A stretch of 64,000 nt of DNA from Auanema rhodensis (lineage: Eukaryota; Animalia; Nematoda): NCBI GenBank assembly GCA_964057225.1, contig OZ059896.1, positions 4,960,001 through 5,024,000 of the forward strand, in the 5' to 3' direction. The translations under genes and the position numbers were made by a program. This document shows positions 27,301 through 42,200 of this stretch, piece after piece. The number at the start of each line of letters is the position of its first letter. Position 1 is the first letter of the stretch. A model generated the notes under the pieces. It was not told the origin of the DNA and searched no databases. It was given only the letters and a program-made list of their open reading frames with translations.

Positions 27301-30300
27301 CAAGTGCACATCACGTGTACATTTAATTAGCATAAATTAAAGTTCACGTAAATTTCAAACTCATGGTTACCATGCACCAATATCAATAAAATTTTGTTTT
27401 TAGACTAATATGGACATGGGGAATCTAATTTTGAAAACCGCATCTCTTTATCTTTCACGTGAAGCGAGTTACATACCAAGTGCACATCCCGTGTACATTT
27501 AATTAGCATAAATTAAAGTTCACGTAAATTTCAAAGTCATGGTTACCATGCACCAATATCAATAAAAATTTGTTTTTAGACTAATATGGACATGGGGAAT
27601 CTAATTTTCAAAACCGCATCTCTTTATCTTCCACGTGAAGCGAGTTACATACCAAGTGCACATCACGTGTACATTTAATTAGCATAAATTAAAGTTCACT
27701 TAAATTTGAAAGTCATGGTTACCATGCAGCAATATCAATAAAATTTTGTTTTTAGACTAATATGGACATGGGGAATCTAATTTTGAAAACCGCATCTCTT
27801 TATCTTTCACGTGAAGCGAGTTACATACCAAGTGCACATCCCGTGTACATTTAATTAGCATAAATTAAAGTTCACGTAAATTTCAAACTCATGGTTACCA
27901 TGCACCAATATCAATAAAAATTTGTTTTTAGACTAATATGGACATGGGGAATCTATATTTGAAAAACGCATCTCTTTATCTTTCACGTGAAGCGAGTTAC
28001 ATACCAAGTGCACATCACGTGTACATTTAATTAGCATAAATCAAAGTTCACGTAAATTTCAAAGTCATGGTTACCATGCACCAATATCAATAAAATTTTG
28101 TTTTTAGACTAATATGGACATGGGGAATCTAATTATGAAAACCGCATCTCTTTATCTTTCACGTGAAGCGAGTTACATACCAAGTGCACATCACGTGTAC
28201 ATTTAATTAGCATAAATTAAAGTTCACGTAAATTTCAAAGTCATGGTTACCATGCACCAATATCAATAAAATTTTGTTTTTAGACTAATATGGACATGGG
28301 GAATCTAATTTTGAAAACCGCATCTCTTTATTTTTCACGTGAAGCGAGTTACATACCAAGTGCACATCACGTGTACATTTAATTAGCATAAATTAAAGTT
28401 CACGTAAATTTCAAACTCATGGTTACCATATACCAATATCAATAAAAATTTGTTTTTAGACTAATATGGACATGGAGAATCTAATTTTAAAAACCGCATC
28501 TCTTTATCTTTCACGTGAAGCGAGTTACATACCAAGTGCACATCACGTGTACATTTAATTAGCATAAATTAAAGTTCACGTAAATTTCAAAGTCATGGTT
28601 ACCATGCACCAATATCAATAAAATTTTGTTTTTAGACTAATATGGACATGGGGAATCTAATTTTGAAAACCGCATCTCTTTATCTTTCACGTGAAGCGAG
28701 TTACATACCAAGTGCACATCACGTGTACATTTAATTAGCATAAATTAAAGTTCACGTAAATTTCAAACTCATGGTTACCATGAACCAATATCAATAAAAA
28801 TTTGTTTTTAGACTAATATGGACATGGGGAATCTAATTTTGAAAACCGCATCTCTTTATCTTTCACGTGAAGCGAGTTACATACCAAGTGCACATCACGT
28901 GTACATTTAATTAGCATAAATTAAAGTTCACTTAAATTTCAAAGTCATGGTTACCATGCATCAATATCAATAAAATTTTGTTTTTAGACTAATATGGACA
29001 TGGGGAATCTAATTTTGAAAACCGCATCTCTTTATCTTTCACGTGAAGCGAGTTACATACCAAGTGCACATCACGTGTACATTTAATTAGCATAAATTAA
29101 AGTTCACATAAATTTCAAACTCATGGTTACCATGCACCAATATCAATAAAAATTTGTTTTTAGACTAATATGGACATGGGGAATCTAATTTTGAAAAACG
29201 CATCTCTTTATCTTTCACGTGAAGCGAGTTACATACCAAGTGCACATCACGTGTACATTTAATTAGCATAAATTAAAGTTCACGTAAATTTCAAAGTCAT
29301 GGTTACCATGCACCAATATCAATAAAATTTTGTTTTTAGACTAATATGGACATGGGGAATCTAATTTTGAAAACCGCATCTCTTTATCTTTCACGTGAAG
29401 CGAGTTACATACCAAGTGCACATCACGTGTACATTTAATTAGCATAAATTAAAGTTCACGTAAATTTCAAACTCATGGTTACCATGAACCAATATCAATA
29501 AAAATTTGTTTTTAGACTAATATGGACATGGAGAATCTAATTATGAAAACCGCATCTCTTTATCTTTCACGTGAAGCGAGTTACATACCAAGTGCACATC
29601 ACGTGTACATTTAATTAGCATAAATTAAAGTTCACGTAAATTTCAAAGTCATGGTTACCATGCACCAATATCAATAAAATTTTGTTTTTAGACTAATATG
29701 GACATGGGGAATCTAATTTTGAAAACCGCATCTCTTTATTCTTCACGTGAAGCGAGTTACATACCAAGTGCACATCACGTGTACATTTAATTAGCATAAA
29801 TTAAAGTTCACGTAAATTTCAAAGTCATGGTTACCATGCACCAATATCAATGAAATTTTGTTTTTAGACTAATATGGACATGGGGAATCTAATTTTGAAA
29901 ACCGCATCTCTTTATCTTTCACGTGAAGCGAGTTACATACCAAGTGCACATCACGTGTACATTTAATTAGCATAAATTAAAGTTCACGTAAACTTCAAAC
30001 TCATGGTTACCATACACCAATATCAATAAAAATTTGTTTTTAGAGTAATATGGACATGGAGAATCTATTTTTAAAAACCGCATCTCTTTATCTTTCACGT
30101 GAATCGAGTTACATACCAAGTGCACATCACGTGTACATTTAATTAGCATAAATTAAAGTTCACGTAAATTTCAAACTCATGGTTACCATGCACCAATATC
30201 AATAAAAATTTGTTTTTAGACTAATATGGACATGGAGAATCTAATTTTGAAAACCGCATCTCTTTATCTTTCACGTGAAGCGAGTTACATACCAAGTGCA

Positions 30301-33249
30301 CATCACGTGTACATTTAATTAGCATAAATTAAAGTTCACGTAAATTTCAAACTCATGGTTACCATGCACCAATATCAATACAATTTTGTTTTTAGACTAA
30401 TATGGACATGGGGAATCTAATTTTGAAAACCGCATCTCTTTATCTTTCACGTGCGAGTTACATACCAAGTGCACATCACGTGTACATTTAATTAGCATAA
30501 ATTAAAGTTCACTTAAATTTCAAAGTCATGGTTACCATGCACCAATATCAATAAAAATTTGTTTTTAGACTAATATGGACATGGGGAATCTAATTTTCAA
30601 AACCGCATCTCTTTATCTTTCACGTGAAGCGAGTTACATACCAAGTGCACATCACGTGTACATTTAATTAGCATAAATTAAAGTTCACTTAAATTTGAAA
30701 GTCATGGTTACCATGCAGCAATATCAATAAAATTTTGTTTTTAGACTAATATGGACATGGGGAATCTAATTTTGAAAACCGCATCTCTTTATCTTTCACG
30801 TGAAGCGAGTTACATACCAAGTGCACATCCCGTGTACATTTAATTAGCATAAATTAAAGTTCACGTAAATTTCAAACTCATGGTTACCATGCACCAATAT
30901 CAATAAAAATTTGTTTTTAGACTAATATGGACATGGGGAATCTATATTTGAAAAACGCATCTCTTTATCTTTCACGTGAAGCGAGTTACATACCAAGTGC
31001 ACATCACGTGTACATTTAATTAGCATAAATCAAAGTTCACGTAAATTTCAAAGTCATGGTTACCATGCACCAATATCAATAAAATTTTGTTTTTAGACTA
31101 ATATGGACATGGGGAATCTAATTATGAAAACCGCATCTCTTCATCTTTCACGTGAAGCGAGTTACATACCAAGTGCACATCACGTGTACATTTAATTAGC
31201 ATAAATTAAAGTTCACGTAAATTTCAAAGTCATGGTTACCATGCACCAATATCAATAAAATTTTGTTTTTAGACTAATATGGACATGGGGAATCTAATTT
31301 TGAAAACCGCATCTCTTTATTTTTCACGTGAAGCGAGTTACATACCAAGTGCACATCACGTGTACATTTAATTAGCATAAATTAAAGTTCACGTAAATTT
31401 CAAACTCATGGTTACCATACACCAATATCAATAAAAATTTGTTTTTAGACTAATATGGACATGGAGAATCTAATTTTAAAAACCGCATCTCTTTATCTTT
31501 CACGTGAAGCGAGTTACATACCAAGTGCACATCACGTGTACATTTAATTAGCATAAATTAAAGTTCACGTAAATTTCAAAGTCATGGTTACCATGCACCA
31601 ATATCAATAAAATTTTGTTTTTAGACTAATATGGACATGGGGAATCTAATTTTGAAAACCGCATCTCTTTATCTTTCACGTGAAGCGAGTTACATACCAA
31701 GTGCACATCACGTGTACATTTAATTAGCATAAATTAAAGTTCACGTAAATTTCAAACTCATGGTTACCATGCACCAATATCAATAAAAATTTGTTTTTAG
31801 ACTAATATGGACATGGAGAATCTAATTTTGAAAACCGCATCTCTTTATCTTTCACGTGAAGCGAGTTACATACCAAGTGCACATCACGTGTACATTTAAT
31901 TAGCATAAATTAAAGTTCACGTAAATTTCAAACTCATGGTTACCATGCACCAATATCAATAAAAATTTGTTTTTAGAGTAATATGGACATGGAGAATCTA
32001 TTTTTAAAAACCGCATCTCTTTATCTTTCACGTGAAGCGAGTTACATACCAAGTGCACATCACGTGTACATTTAATTAGCATAAATTAAAGTTCACGTAA
32101 ATTTCAAAGTCATGGTTACCATGCACCAATATCAATAAAATTTTGTTTTTAGACTAATATGGACATGGGGAATCTAATTTTCAAAACCGCATCTCTTTAT
32201 CTTTCACGTGAAGCGAGTTACATACCAAGTGCACATCACGTGTACATTTAATTAGCATACATTAAAGTTCACTTAAATTTGAAAGTCATGGTTACCATGC
32301 AGCAATATCAATAAAAATTTGTTTTTAGACTAATATGGACATGGGGAATCTATATTTGAAAAACGCATCTCTTTATCTTTCACGTGAAGCGAGTTACATA
32401 CCAAGTGCACATCACGTGTACATTTAATTAGCATAAATTAAAGTTCACGTAAATTTCAAAGTCATGGTTACCATGCACCAATATCAATAAAATTTTGTTT
32501 TTAGACTAATATGGACATGGGGAATCTAATTTTGAAAACCGCATCTCTTTATCTTTCACGTGAAGCGAGTTACATACCAAGTGCACATCACGTGTACATT
32601 TAATTAGCATAAATTAAAGTTCACGTAAATTTCAAACTCATGGTTACCATGCACCAATATCAATAAAAATTTGTTTTTAGACTAATATGGACATGGAGAA
32701 TCTAATTTTGAAAACCGCATCTCTTTATCTTTCACGTGAAGCGAGTTACATACCAAGTGCACATCACGTGTACATTTAATTAGCATAAATTAAAGTTCAC
32801 GTAAATTTCAAACTCATGGTTACCATGCACCAATATCAATAAAAATTTGTTTTTAGAGTAATATGGACATGGAGAATCTATTTTTAAAAACCGCATCTCT
32901 TTATCTTTCACGTGAAGCGAGTTACATACCAAGTGCACATCACGTGTACATTTAATTAGCATAAATTAAAGTTCACGTAAATTTCAAACTCATGGTTACC
33001 ATGCACCAATATCAATAAAATTTTGTTTTTAGACTAATATGGACATGGGGAATCTAATTTTGAAAACCGCATCTCTTTATCTTTCACGTGAAGCGAGTTA
33101 CATACCAAGTGCACATCCCGTGTACATTTAATTAGCATAAATTAAAGTTCACGTAAATTTCAAACTCATGGTTACCATGCACCAATATCAATAAAAATTT
33201 GTTTTTAGACTAATATGGACATGGGGAATCTAATTTTGAAAAACGCATC
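6337..33249. repeat. Satellite haplotype domain B; variable-length higher-order repeat (HOR), ~25-mer
   Basis: Private variants: GAGTAAT, AAACTTC..CATACACC..GAATCGAG, ATACAAT, TCCCGTG, TTTGAAAG..GCAGC, AATCAAAG, CACATAAA and the 3-bp deletion CACGTGCGAG. The marker monomer recurs at 7451, 12379, 16600, 21349, 24514 and 29967. Confidence 0.85.
19413..25742. repeat. Near-perfect tandem duplication of an 18-monomer block (3165 bp)
   Basis: Marker pairs 19413/22578, 20117/23282, 21349/24514 and the deletion pair 21835/25000 are all offset by 3165 = 18x176-3. Ends are approximate. Confidence 0.85.
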
Positions 33250-36200
33250 TCATTATCTTTCACGTGAAGCGAGTTACATACCAAGTGCACATCACGTGTA
33301 CATTTAATTAGCATAAATTAAAGTTCACGTAAATTTCAAAGTCATGGTTACCATGCACCAATATCAATAAAATTTTGTTTTTAGACTAATATGGACATGG
33401 GGAATCTAATTTTGAGAACCGCATCTCTTTATTTTTCACGTGAAGCGAGTTACATACCAAGTGCACATCACGTGTACATTTAATTAGCATAAATTAAAGT
33501 TCACGTAAATTTCAAACTCATGGTTACCATGCACCAATATCAATAAAAATTTGTTTTTAGACTAATATGGACATGGAGAATCTAATTTTAAAAACCGCAT
33601 CTCTTTATCTTTCACGTGAAGCGAGTTACATACCAAGTGCACATCACGTGTACATTTAATTAGCATAAATTAAAGTTCACGTAAATTTCAAACTCATGGT
33701 TACCATGCACCAATATCAATAAAATTTTGTTTTTAGACTAATATGGACATGGGGAATCTAATTTTGAAAACCGCATCTCTTTATCTTTCACGTGAAGCGA
33801 GTTACATACCAAGTGCACATCACGTGTACATTTAATTAGCATAAATTAAAGTTCACGTAAATTTCAAACTCATGGTTACCATGCACCAATATCAATAAAA
33901 ATTTGTTTTTAGACTAATATGGACATGGAGAATCTAATTTTAAAAACCGCATCTCTTTATCTTTCACGTGAAGCGAGTTACATACCAAGTGCACATCACG
34001 TGTACATTTAATTAGCATAAATTAAAGTTCACGTAAATTTCAAACTCATGGTTACCATGCACCAATATCAATAAAAATTTGTTTTTAGACTAATATGGAC
34101 ATGGAGAATCTATTTTTAAAAACCGCATCTCTTTATCTTTCACGTGAAGCGAGTTACATACCAAGTGCACATCACGTGTACATTTAATTAGCATAAATTA
34201 AAGTTCACGTAAATTTCAAACTCATGGTTACCATGCACCAATATCAATAAAAATTTGTTTTTAGACTAATATGGACATGGAGAATCTAATTTTAAAAACC
34301 GCATCTCTTTATCTTTCACGTGAAGCGAGTTACATACCAAGTGCACATCACGTGTACATTTAATTAGCATAAATTAAAGTTCACGTAAATTTCAAACTCA
34401 TGGTTACCATGCACCAATATCAATAAAATTTTGTTTTTAGACTAATATGGACATGGGGAATCTAATTTTGAAAACCGCATCTCTTTATCTTTCACGTGAA
34501 GCGAGTTACATACCAAGTGCACATCACGTGTACATTTAATTAGCATAAATTAAAGTTCACGTAAATTTCAAACTCATGGTTACCATGCACCAATATCAAT
34601 AAAAATTTGTTTTTAGACTAATATGGACATGGAGAATCTAATTTTAAAAACCGCATCTCTTTATCTTTCACGTGAAGCGAGTTACATACCAAGTGCACAT
34701 CACGTGTACATTTAATTAGCATAAATTAAAGTTCACGTAAATTTCAAACTCATGGTTACCATGCACCAATATCAATAAAAATTTGTTTTTAGACTAATAT
34801 GGACATGGAGAATCTATTTTTAAAAACCGCATCTCTTTATCTTTCACGTGAAGCGAGTTACATACCAAGTGCACATCACGTGTACATTTAATTAGCATAA
34901 ATTAAAGTTCACGTAAATTTCAAACTCATGGTTACCATGCACCAATATCAATAAAAATTTGTTTTTAGACTAATATGGACATGGAGAATCTAATTTTGAA
35001 AACCGCATCTCTTTATCTTTCACGTGAAGCGAGTTACATACCAAGTGCACATCACGTGTACATTTAATTAGCATAAATTAAAGTTCACGTAAATTTCAAA
35101 CTCATGGTTACCATGCACCAATATCAATAAAATTTTGTTTTTAGACTAATATGGACATGAGGAATCTAATTTTGAAAACCGCATCTCTTTATCTTTCACG
35201 TGAAGCGAGTTACATACTAAGTGCACATCACATGTACATTTAATTAGCATAAATTAAAGTTCACGTAAATTTCAAACTCATGGTTACCATGCACCAATAT
35301 CAATAAAAATTTGTTTTTAGACTAATATGGACATGGAGAATCTAATTTTGAAAACCGCATCTCTTTATCTTTCACGTGAAGCGAGTTACATACCAAGTGC
35401 ACATCACGTGTACATTTAATTAGCATAAATTAAAGTTCACGTAAATTTCAAACTCATGGTTACCATGCACCAATATCAATAAAAATTTGTTTTTAGACTA
35501 ATATGGACATGGAGAATCTATTTTTAAAAACCGCATCTCTTTATCTTTCACGTGAAGCGAGTTACATACCAAGTGCACATCACGTGTACATTTAATTAGC
35601 ATAAATTAAAGTTCACGTAAATTTCAAACTCATGGTTACCATGCACCAATATCAATAAAAATTTGTTTTTAGACTAATATGGACATGGGGAATCTAATTT
35701 TGAAAACCGCATCTCTTTATCTTCCACGTGAAGCGAGTTACATACCAAGTGCACATCAAGTGTACATTTAATTAGCATAAATTAAAGTTCACGTAATTTT
35801 CAAAGTCATGGTTACCATGCACCAATATCAATAAAATTTTGTTTTTAGACTAATATGGACATGGGGAATCTAATTTTGAAAACCGCATCTCTTTATCTTC
35901 CACGTGAAGCGAGTTACATACCAAGTGCACATCAAGTGTACATTTAATTAGCATAAATTAAAGTTCACGTAAATTTCAAAGTCATGGTTACCATGCACCA
36001 ATATCAATAAAATTTTGTTTTTAGACTAATATGGACATGGGGAATCTAATTTTGAAAACCGCATCTCTTTATCTTTCACGTGAAGCGAGTTACATACCAA
36101 GTGCACATCACGTGTACATTTAATTAGCATAAATTAAAGTTCACGTAAATTTCAAACTCATGGTTACCATGCACCAATATCAATAAAAAATTGTTTTTAG

Positions 36201-39200
36201 ACTAATATGGACATGGAGAATCTAATTTTGAAAACCGCATCTCTTTATCTTTCACGTGAAGCGAGTTACATACCAAGTGCACATCACGTGTACATTTAAT
36301 TAGCATAAATTAAAGTTCACGTAAATTTCAAACTCATGGTTACCATGCACCAATATCAATAAAAATTTGTTTTTAGACTAATATGGACATGGAGAATCTA
36401 TTTTTAAAAACCGCATCTCTTTATCTTTCACGTGAAGCGAGTTACATACCAAGTGCACATCACGTGTACATTTAATTAGCATAAATTAAAGTTCACGTAA
36501 ATTTCAAACTCATGGTTACCATGCACCAATATCAATAAAAATTTGTTTTTAGACTAATATGGACATGGGGAATCTAATTTTGAAAACCGCATCTCTTATC
36601 TTCCACGTGAAGCGAGTTACATATCAAGTGCACATCACGTGTACATTTAATTAGCATAAATTAAAGTTCACGTAATTTTCAAAGTCATGGTTACCATGAA
36701 CCAATATCAATGAATATTTGTTTTTTGACTAATATGGACATGGGGAATCTAATTTTGAAAACCGCATCTATTTATCTTTCACGCGAAGCGAGTTACATAC
36801 CAAGTGCACATCACGTGTACATTTAATTAGCATAAAGTAAAGTTCACGTAAATTTCAAACTCATGGTTACCATGCACCAATATCAATAAAAATTTGTTTT
36901 TAGACTAATATGGACATGGAGAATCTAATTTTGAAAACCGCATCTCTTTATCTTTCACGTGAAGCGAGTTACATACCAAGTGCACATCACGTGTACTTTT
37001 AATTAGCATAAATTAAAGTTCACGTAAATTTCAAACTCATGGTTACCATGCACCAATATCAATAAAAATTTGTTTTTAGACTAATATGGACATGGGGAAT
37101 CTAATTTTGAGAACCGCATCTCTTATCTTCCACGTGAAGCGAGTTACATACCAAGTGCACATCACGTGTACATTTAATTAGCATAAATTAAAGTTCACGT
37201 AAATTTCAAAGTCATGGTTACCATGCACCAATATCAATAAAATTTTGTTTTTAGACTAATATGGACATGGAGAATCTAATTTTAAAAACCGCATCTCTTT
37301 ATCTTTCACGTGAAGCGAGTTACATACCAAGTGCACATCACGTGTACATTTAATTAGCATAAATTAAAGTTCACGTAAATTTCAAACTCATGGTTACCAT
37401 GCACCAATATCAATAAAATTTTGTTTTTAGACTAATATGGACATGGGGAATCTAATTTTGAAAACCGCATCTCTTTATCTTTCACGTGAAGCGAGTTACA
37501 TACCAAGTGCACATCACGTGTACATTTAATTAGCATAAATTAAAGTTCACGTAAATTTCAAACTCATGGTTACCATGCACCAATATCAATAAAAATTTGT
37601 TTTTAGACTAATATGGACATGGAGAATCTAATTTTAAAAACCGCATCTCTTTATCTTTCACGTGAAGCGAGTTACATACCAAGTGCACATCACGTGTACA
37701 TTTAATTAGCATAAATTAAAGTTCACGTAAATTTCAAACTCATGGTTACCATGCACCAATATCAATAAAAATTTGTTTTTAGACTAATATGGACATGGAG
37801 AATCTATTTTTAAAAACCGCATCTCTTTATCTTTCACGTGAAGCGAGTTACATACCAAGTGCACATCACGTGTACATTTAATTAGCATAAATTAAAGTTC
37901 ACGTAAATTTCAAACTCATGGTTACCATGCACCAATATCAATAAAAATTTGTTTTTAGACTAATATGGACATGGAGAATCTAATTTTAAAAACCGCATCT
38001 CTTTATCTTTCACGTGAAGCGAGTTACATACCAAGTGCACATCACGTGTACATTTAATTAGCATAAATTAAAGTTCACGTAAATTTCAAACTCATGGTTA
38101 CCATGCACCAATATCAATAAAATTTTGTTTTTAGACTAATATGGACATGGGGAATCTAATTTTGAAAACCGCATCTCTTTATCTTTCACGTGAAGCGAGT
38201 TACATACCAAGTGCACATCACGTGTACATTTAATTAGCATAAATTAAAGTTCACGTAAATTTCAAACTCATGGTTACCATGCACCAATATCAATAAAAAT
38301 TTGTTTTTAGACTAATATGGACATGGAGAATCTAATTTTAAAAACCGCATCTCTTTATCTTTCACGTGAAGCGAGTTACATACCAAGTGCACATCACGTG
38401 TACATTTAATTAGCATAAATTAAAGTTCACGTAAATTTCAAACTCATGGTTACCATGCACCAATATCAATAAAAATTTGTTTTTAGACTAATATGGACAT
38501 GGAGAATCTATTTTTAAAAACCGCATCTCTTTATCTTTCACGTGAAGCGAGTTACATACCAAGTGCACATCACGTGTACATTTAATTAGCATAAATTAAA
38601 GTTCACGTAAATTTCAAACTCATGGTTACCATGCACCAATATCAATAAAAATTTGTTTTTAGACTAATATGGACATGGAGAATCTAATTTTGAAAACCGC
38701 ATCTCTTTATCTTTCACGTGAAGCGAGTTACATACCAAGTGCACATCACGTGTACATTTAATTAGCATAAATTAAAGTTCACGTAAATTTCAAAGTCATG
38801 GTTACCATGCACCAATATCAATAAAATTTTGTTTTTAGACTAATATGGACATGAGGAATCTAATTTTGAAAACCGCATCTCTTTATCTTTCACGTGAAGC
38901 GAGTTACATACTAAGTGCACATCACATGTACATTTAATTAGCATAAATTAAAGTTCACGTAAATTTCAAACTCATGGTTACCATGCACCAATATCAATAA
39001 AAATTTGTTTTTAGACTAATATGGACATGGAGAATCTAATTTTGAAAACCGCATCTCTTTATCTTTCACGTGAAGCGAGTTACATACCAAGTGCACATCA
39101 CGTGTACATTTAATTAGCATAAATTAAAGTTCACGTAAATTTCAAACTCATGGTTACCATGCACCAATATCAATAAAAATTTGTTTTTAGACTAATATGG

Positions 39201-42200
39201 ACATGGAGAATCTATTTTTAAAAACCGCATCTCTTTATCTTTCACGTGAAGCGAGTTACATACCAAGTGCACATCACGTGTACATTTAATTAGCATAAAT
39301 TAAAGTTCACGTAAATTTCAAACTCATGGTTACCATGCACCAATATCAATAAAAATTTGTTTTTAGACTAATATGGACATGGGGAATCTAATTTTGAAAA
39401 CCGCATCTCTTTATCTTCCACGTGAAGCGAGTTACATACCAAGTGCACATCAAGTGTACATTTAATTAGCATAAATTAAAGTTCACGTAATTTTCAAAGT
39501 CATGGTTACCATGCACCAATATCAATAAAATTTTGTTTTTAGACTAATATGGACATGGGGAATCTAATTTTGAAAACCGCATCTCTTTATCTTCCACGTG
39601 AAGCGAGTTACATACCAAGTGCACATCAAGTGTACATTTAATTAGCATAAATTAAAGTTCACGTAAATTTCAAAGTCATGGTTACCATGCACCAATATCA
39701 ATAAAATTTTGTTTTTAGACTAATATGGACATGGGGAATCTAATTTTGAAAACCGCATCTCTTTATCTTTCACGTGAAGCGAGTTACATACCAAGTGCAC
39801 ATCACGTGTACATTTAATTAGCATAAATTAAAGTTCACGTAAATTTCAAACTCATGGTTACCATGCACCAATATCAATAAAAAATTGTTTTTAGACTAAT
39901 ATGGACATGGAGAATCTAATTTTGAAAACCGCATCTCTTTATCTTTCACGTGAAGCGAGTTACATACCAAGTGCACATCACGTGTACATTTAATTAGCAT
40001 AAATTAAAGTTCACGTAAATTTCAAACTCATGGTTACCATGCACCAATATCAATAAAAATTTGTTTTTAGACTAATATGGACATGGAGAATCTATTTTTA
40101 AAAACCGCATCTCTTTATCTTTCACGTGAAGCGAGTTACATACCAAGTGCACATCACGTGTACATTTAATTAGCATAAATTAAAGTTCACGTAAATTTCA
40201 AACTCATGGTTACCATGCACCAATATCAATAAAAATTTGTTTTTAGACTAATATGGACATGGGGAATCTAATTTTGAAAACCGCATCTCTTATCTTCCAC
40301 GTGAAGCGAGTTACATATCAAGTGCACATCACGTGTACATTTAATTAGCATAAATTAAAGTTCACGTAATTTTCAAAGTCATGGTTACCATGAACCAATA
40401 TCAATGAATATTTGTTTTTTGACTAATATGGACATGGGGAATCTAATTTTGAAAACCGCATCTATTTATCTTTCACGCGAAGCGAGTTACATACCAAGTG
40501 CACATCACGTGTACATTTAATTAGCATAAAGTAAAGTTCACGTAAATTTCAAACTCATGGTTACCATGCACCAATATCAATAAAAATTTGTTTTTAGACT
40601 AATATGGACATGGAGAATCTAATTTTGAAAACCGCATCTCTTTATCTTTCACGTGAAGCGAGTTACATACCAAGTGCACATCACGTGTACTTTTAATTAG
40701 CATAAATTAAAGTTCACGTAAATTTCAAACTCATGGTTACCATGCACCAATATCAATAAAAATTTGTTTTTAGACTAATATGGACATGGGGAATCTAATT
40801 TTGAGAACCGCATCTCTTATCTTCCACGTGAAGCGAGTTACATACCAAGTGCACATCACGTGTACATTTAATTAGCATAAATTAAAGTTCACGTAAATTT
40901 CAAAGTCATGGTTACCATGCACCAATATCAATAAAATTTTGTTTTTAGACTAATATGGACATGAGGAATCTAATTTTGAAAACCGCATCTCTTTATCTTT
41001 CACGTGAAGCGAGTTACATACCAAGTGCACATCACGTGTACATTTAATTAGCATAAATTAAAGTTCACGTAAATTTCAAACTCATGGTTACCATGCACCA
41101 ATATCAATAAAAATTTGTTTTTAGACTAATATGGACATGGAGAATCTAATTTTGAAAACCGCATCTCTTTATCTTTCACGTGAAGCGAGTTACATACCAA
41201 GTGCACATCACGTGTACATTTAATTAGCATAAATTAAAGTTCACGTAAATTTCAAACTCATGGTTACCATGCACCAATATCAATAAAAATTTGTTTTTAG
41301 ACTAATATGGACATGGAGAATCTATTTTTAAAAACCGCATCTCTTTATCTTTCACGTGAAGCGAGTTACATACCAAGTGCACATCACGTGTACATTTAAT
41401 TAGCATAAATTAAAGTTCACGTAAATTTCAAACTCATGGTTACCATGCACCAATATCAATAAAAATTTGTTTTTAGACTAATATGGACATGGAGAATCTA
41501 ATTTTGAAAACCGCATCTCTTTATCTTTCACGTGAAGCGAGTTACATACCAAGTGCACATCACGTGTACTTTTAATTAGCATAAATTAAAGTTCACGTAA
41601 ATTTCAAACTCATGGTTACCATGCACCAATATCAATAAAAATTTGTTTTTAGACTAATATGGACATGGGGAATCTAATTTTGAAAACCGCATCTCTTATC
41701 TTCCACGTGAAGCGAGTTACATACCAAGTGCACATCACGTGTACATTTAATTAGCATAAATTAAAGTTCACGTAATTTTCAAAGTCATGGTTACCATGAA
41801 CCAATATCAATGAATATTTGTTTTTAGACTAATATGGACATGGGGAATCTAATTTTGAAAACCGCATCTATTTATCTTTCACGCGAAGCGAGTTACATAC
41901 CAAGTGCACATCACGTGTACATTTAATTAGCATAAAGTAAAGTTCACGTAAATTTCAAACTCATGGTTACCATGCACCAATATCAATAAAAATTTGTTTT
42001 TAGACTAATATGGACATGGAGAATCTAATTTTGAAAACCGCATCTCTTTATCTTTCACGTGAAGCGAGTTACATACCAAGTGTACATCACGTGTACATTT
42101 AATTAGCATAAATTAAAGTTCACGTAAATTTCAAACTCATGGTTACCATGCACCAATATCAATAAAAATTTGTTTTTAGACTAATATGGACATGGGGAAT

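Noticed and set aside
6043-32962. Twenty 60-aa ORFs (MLIKCTRDVHLVCNS...) as a multicopy gene family
   Set aside because: Each is just one satellite monomer plus 7 bp with a stop-removing SNP. About 95% of monomers keep the stop, the unit length is not a multiple of 3, and there is no recognisable domain or gene context.
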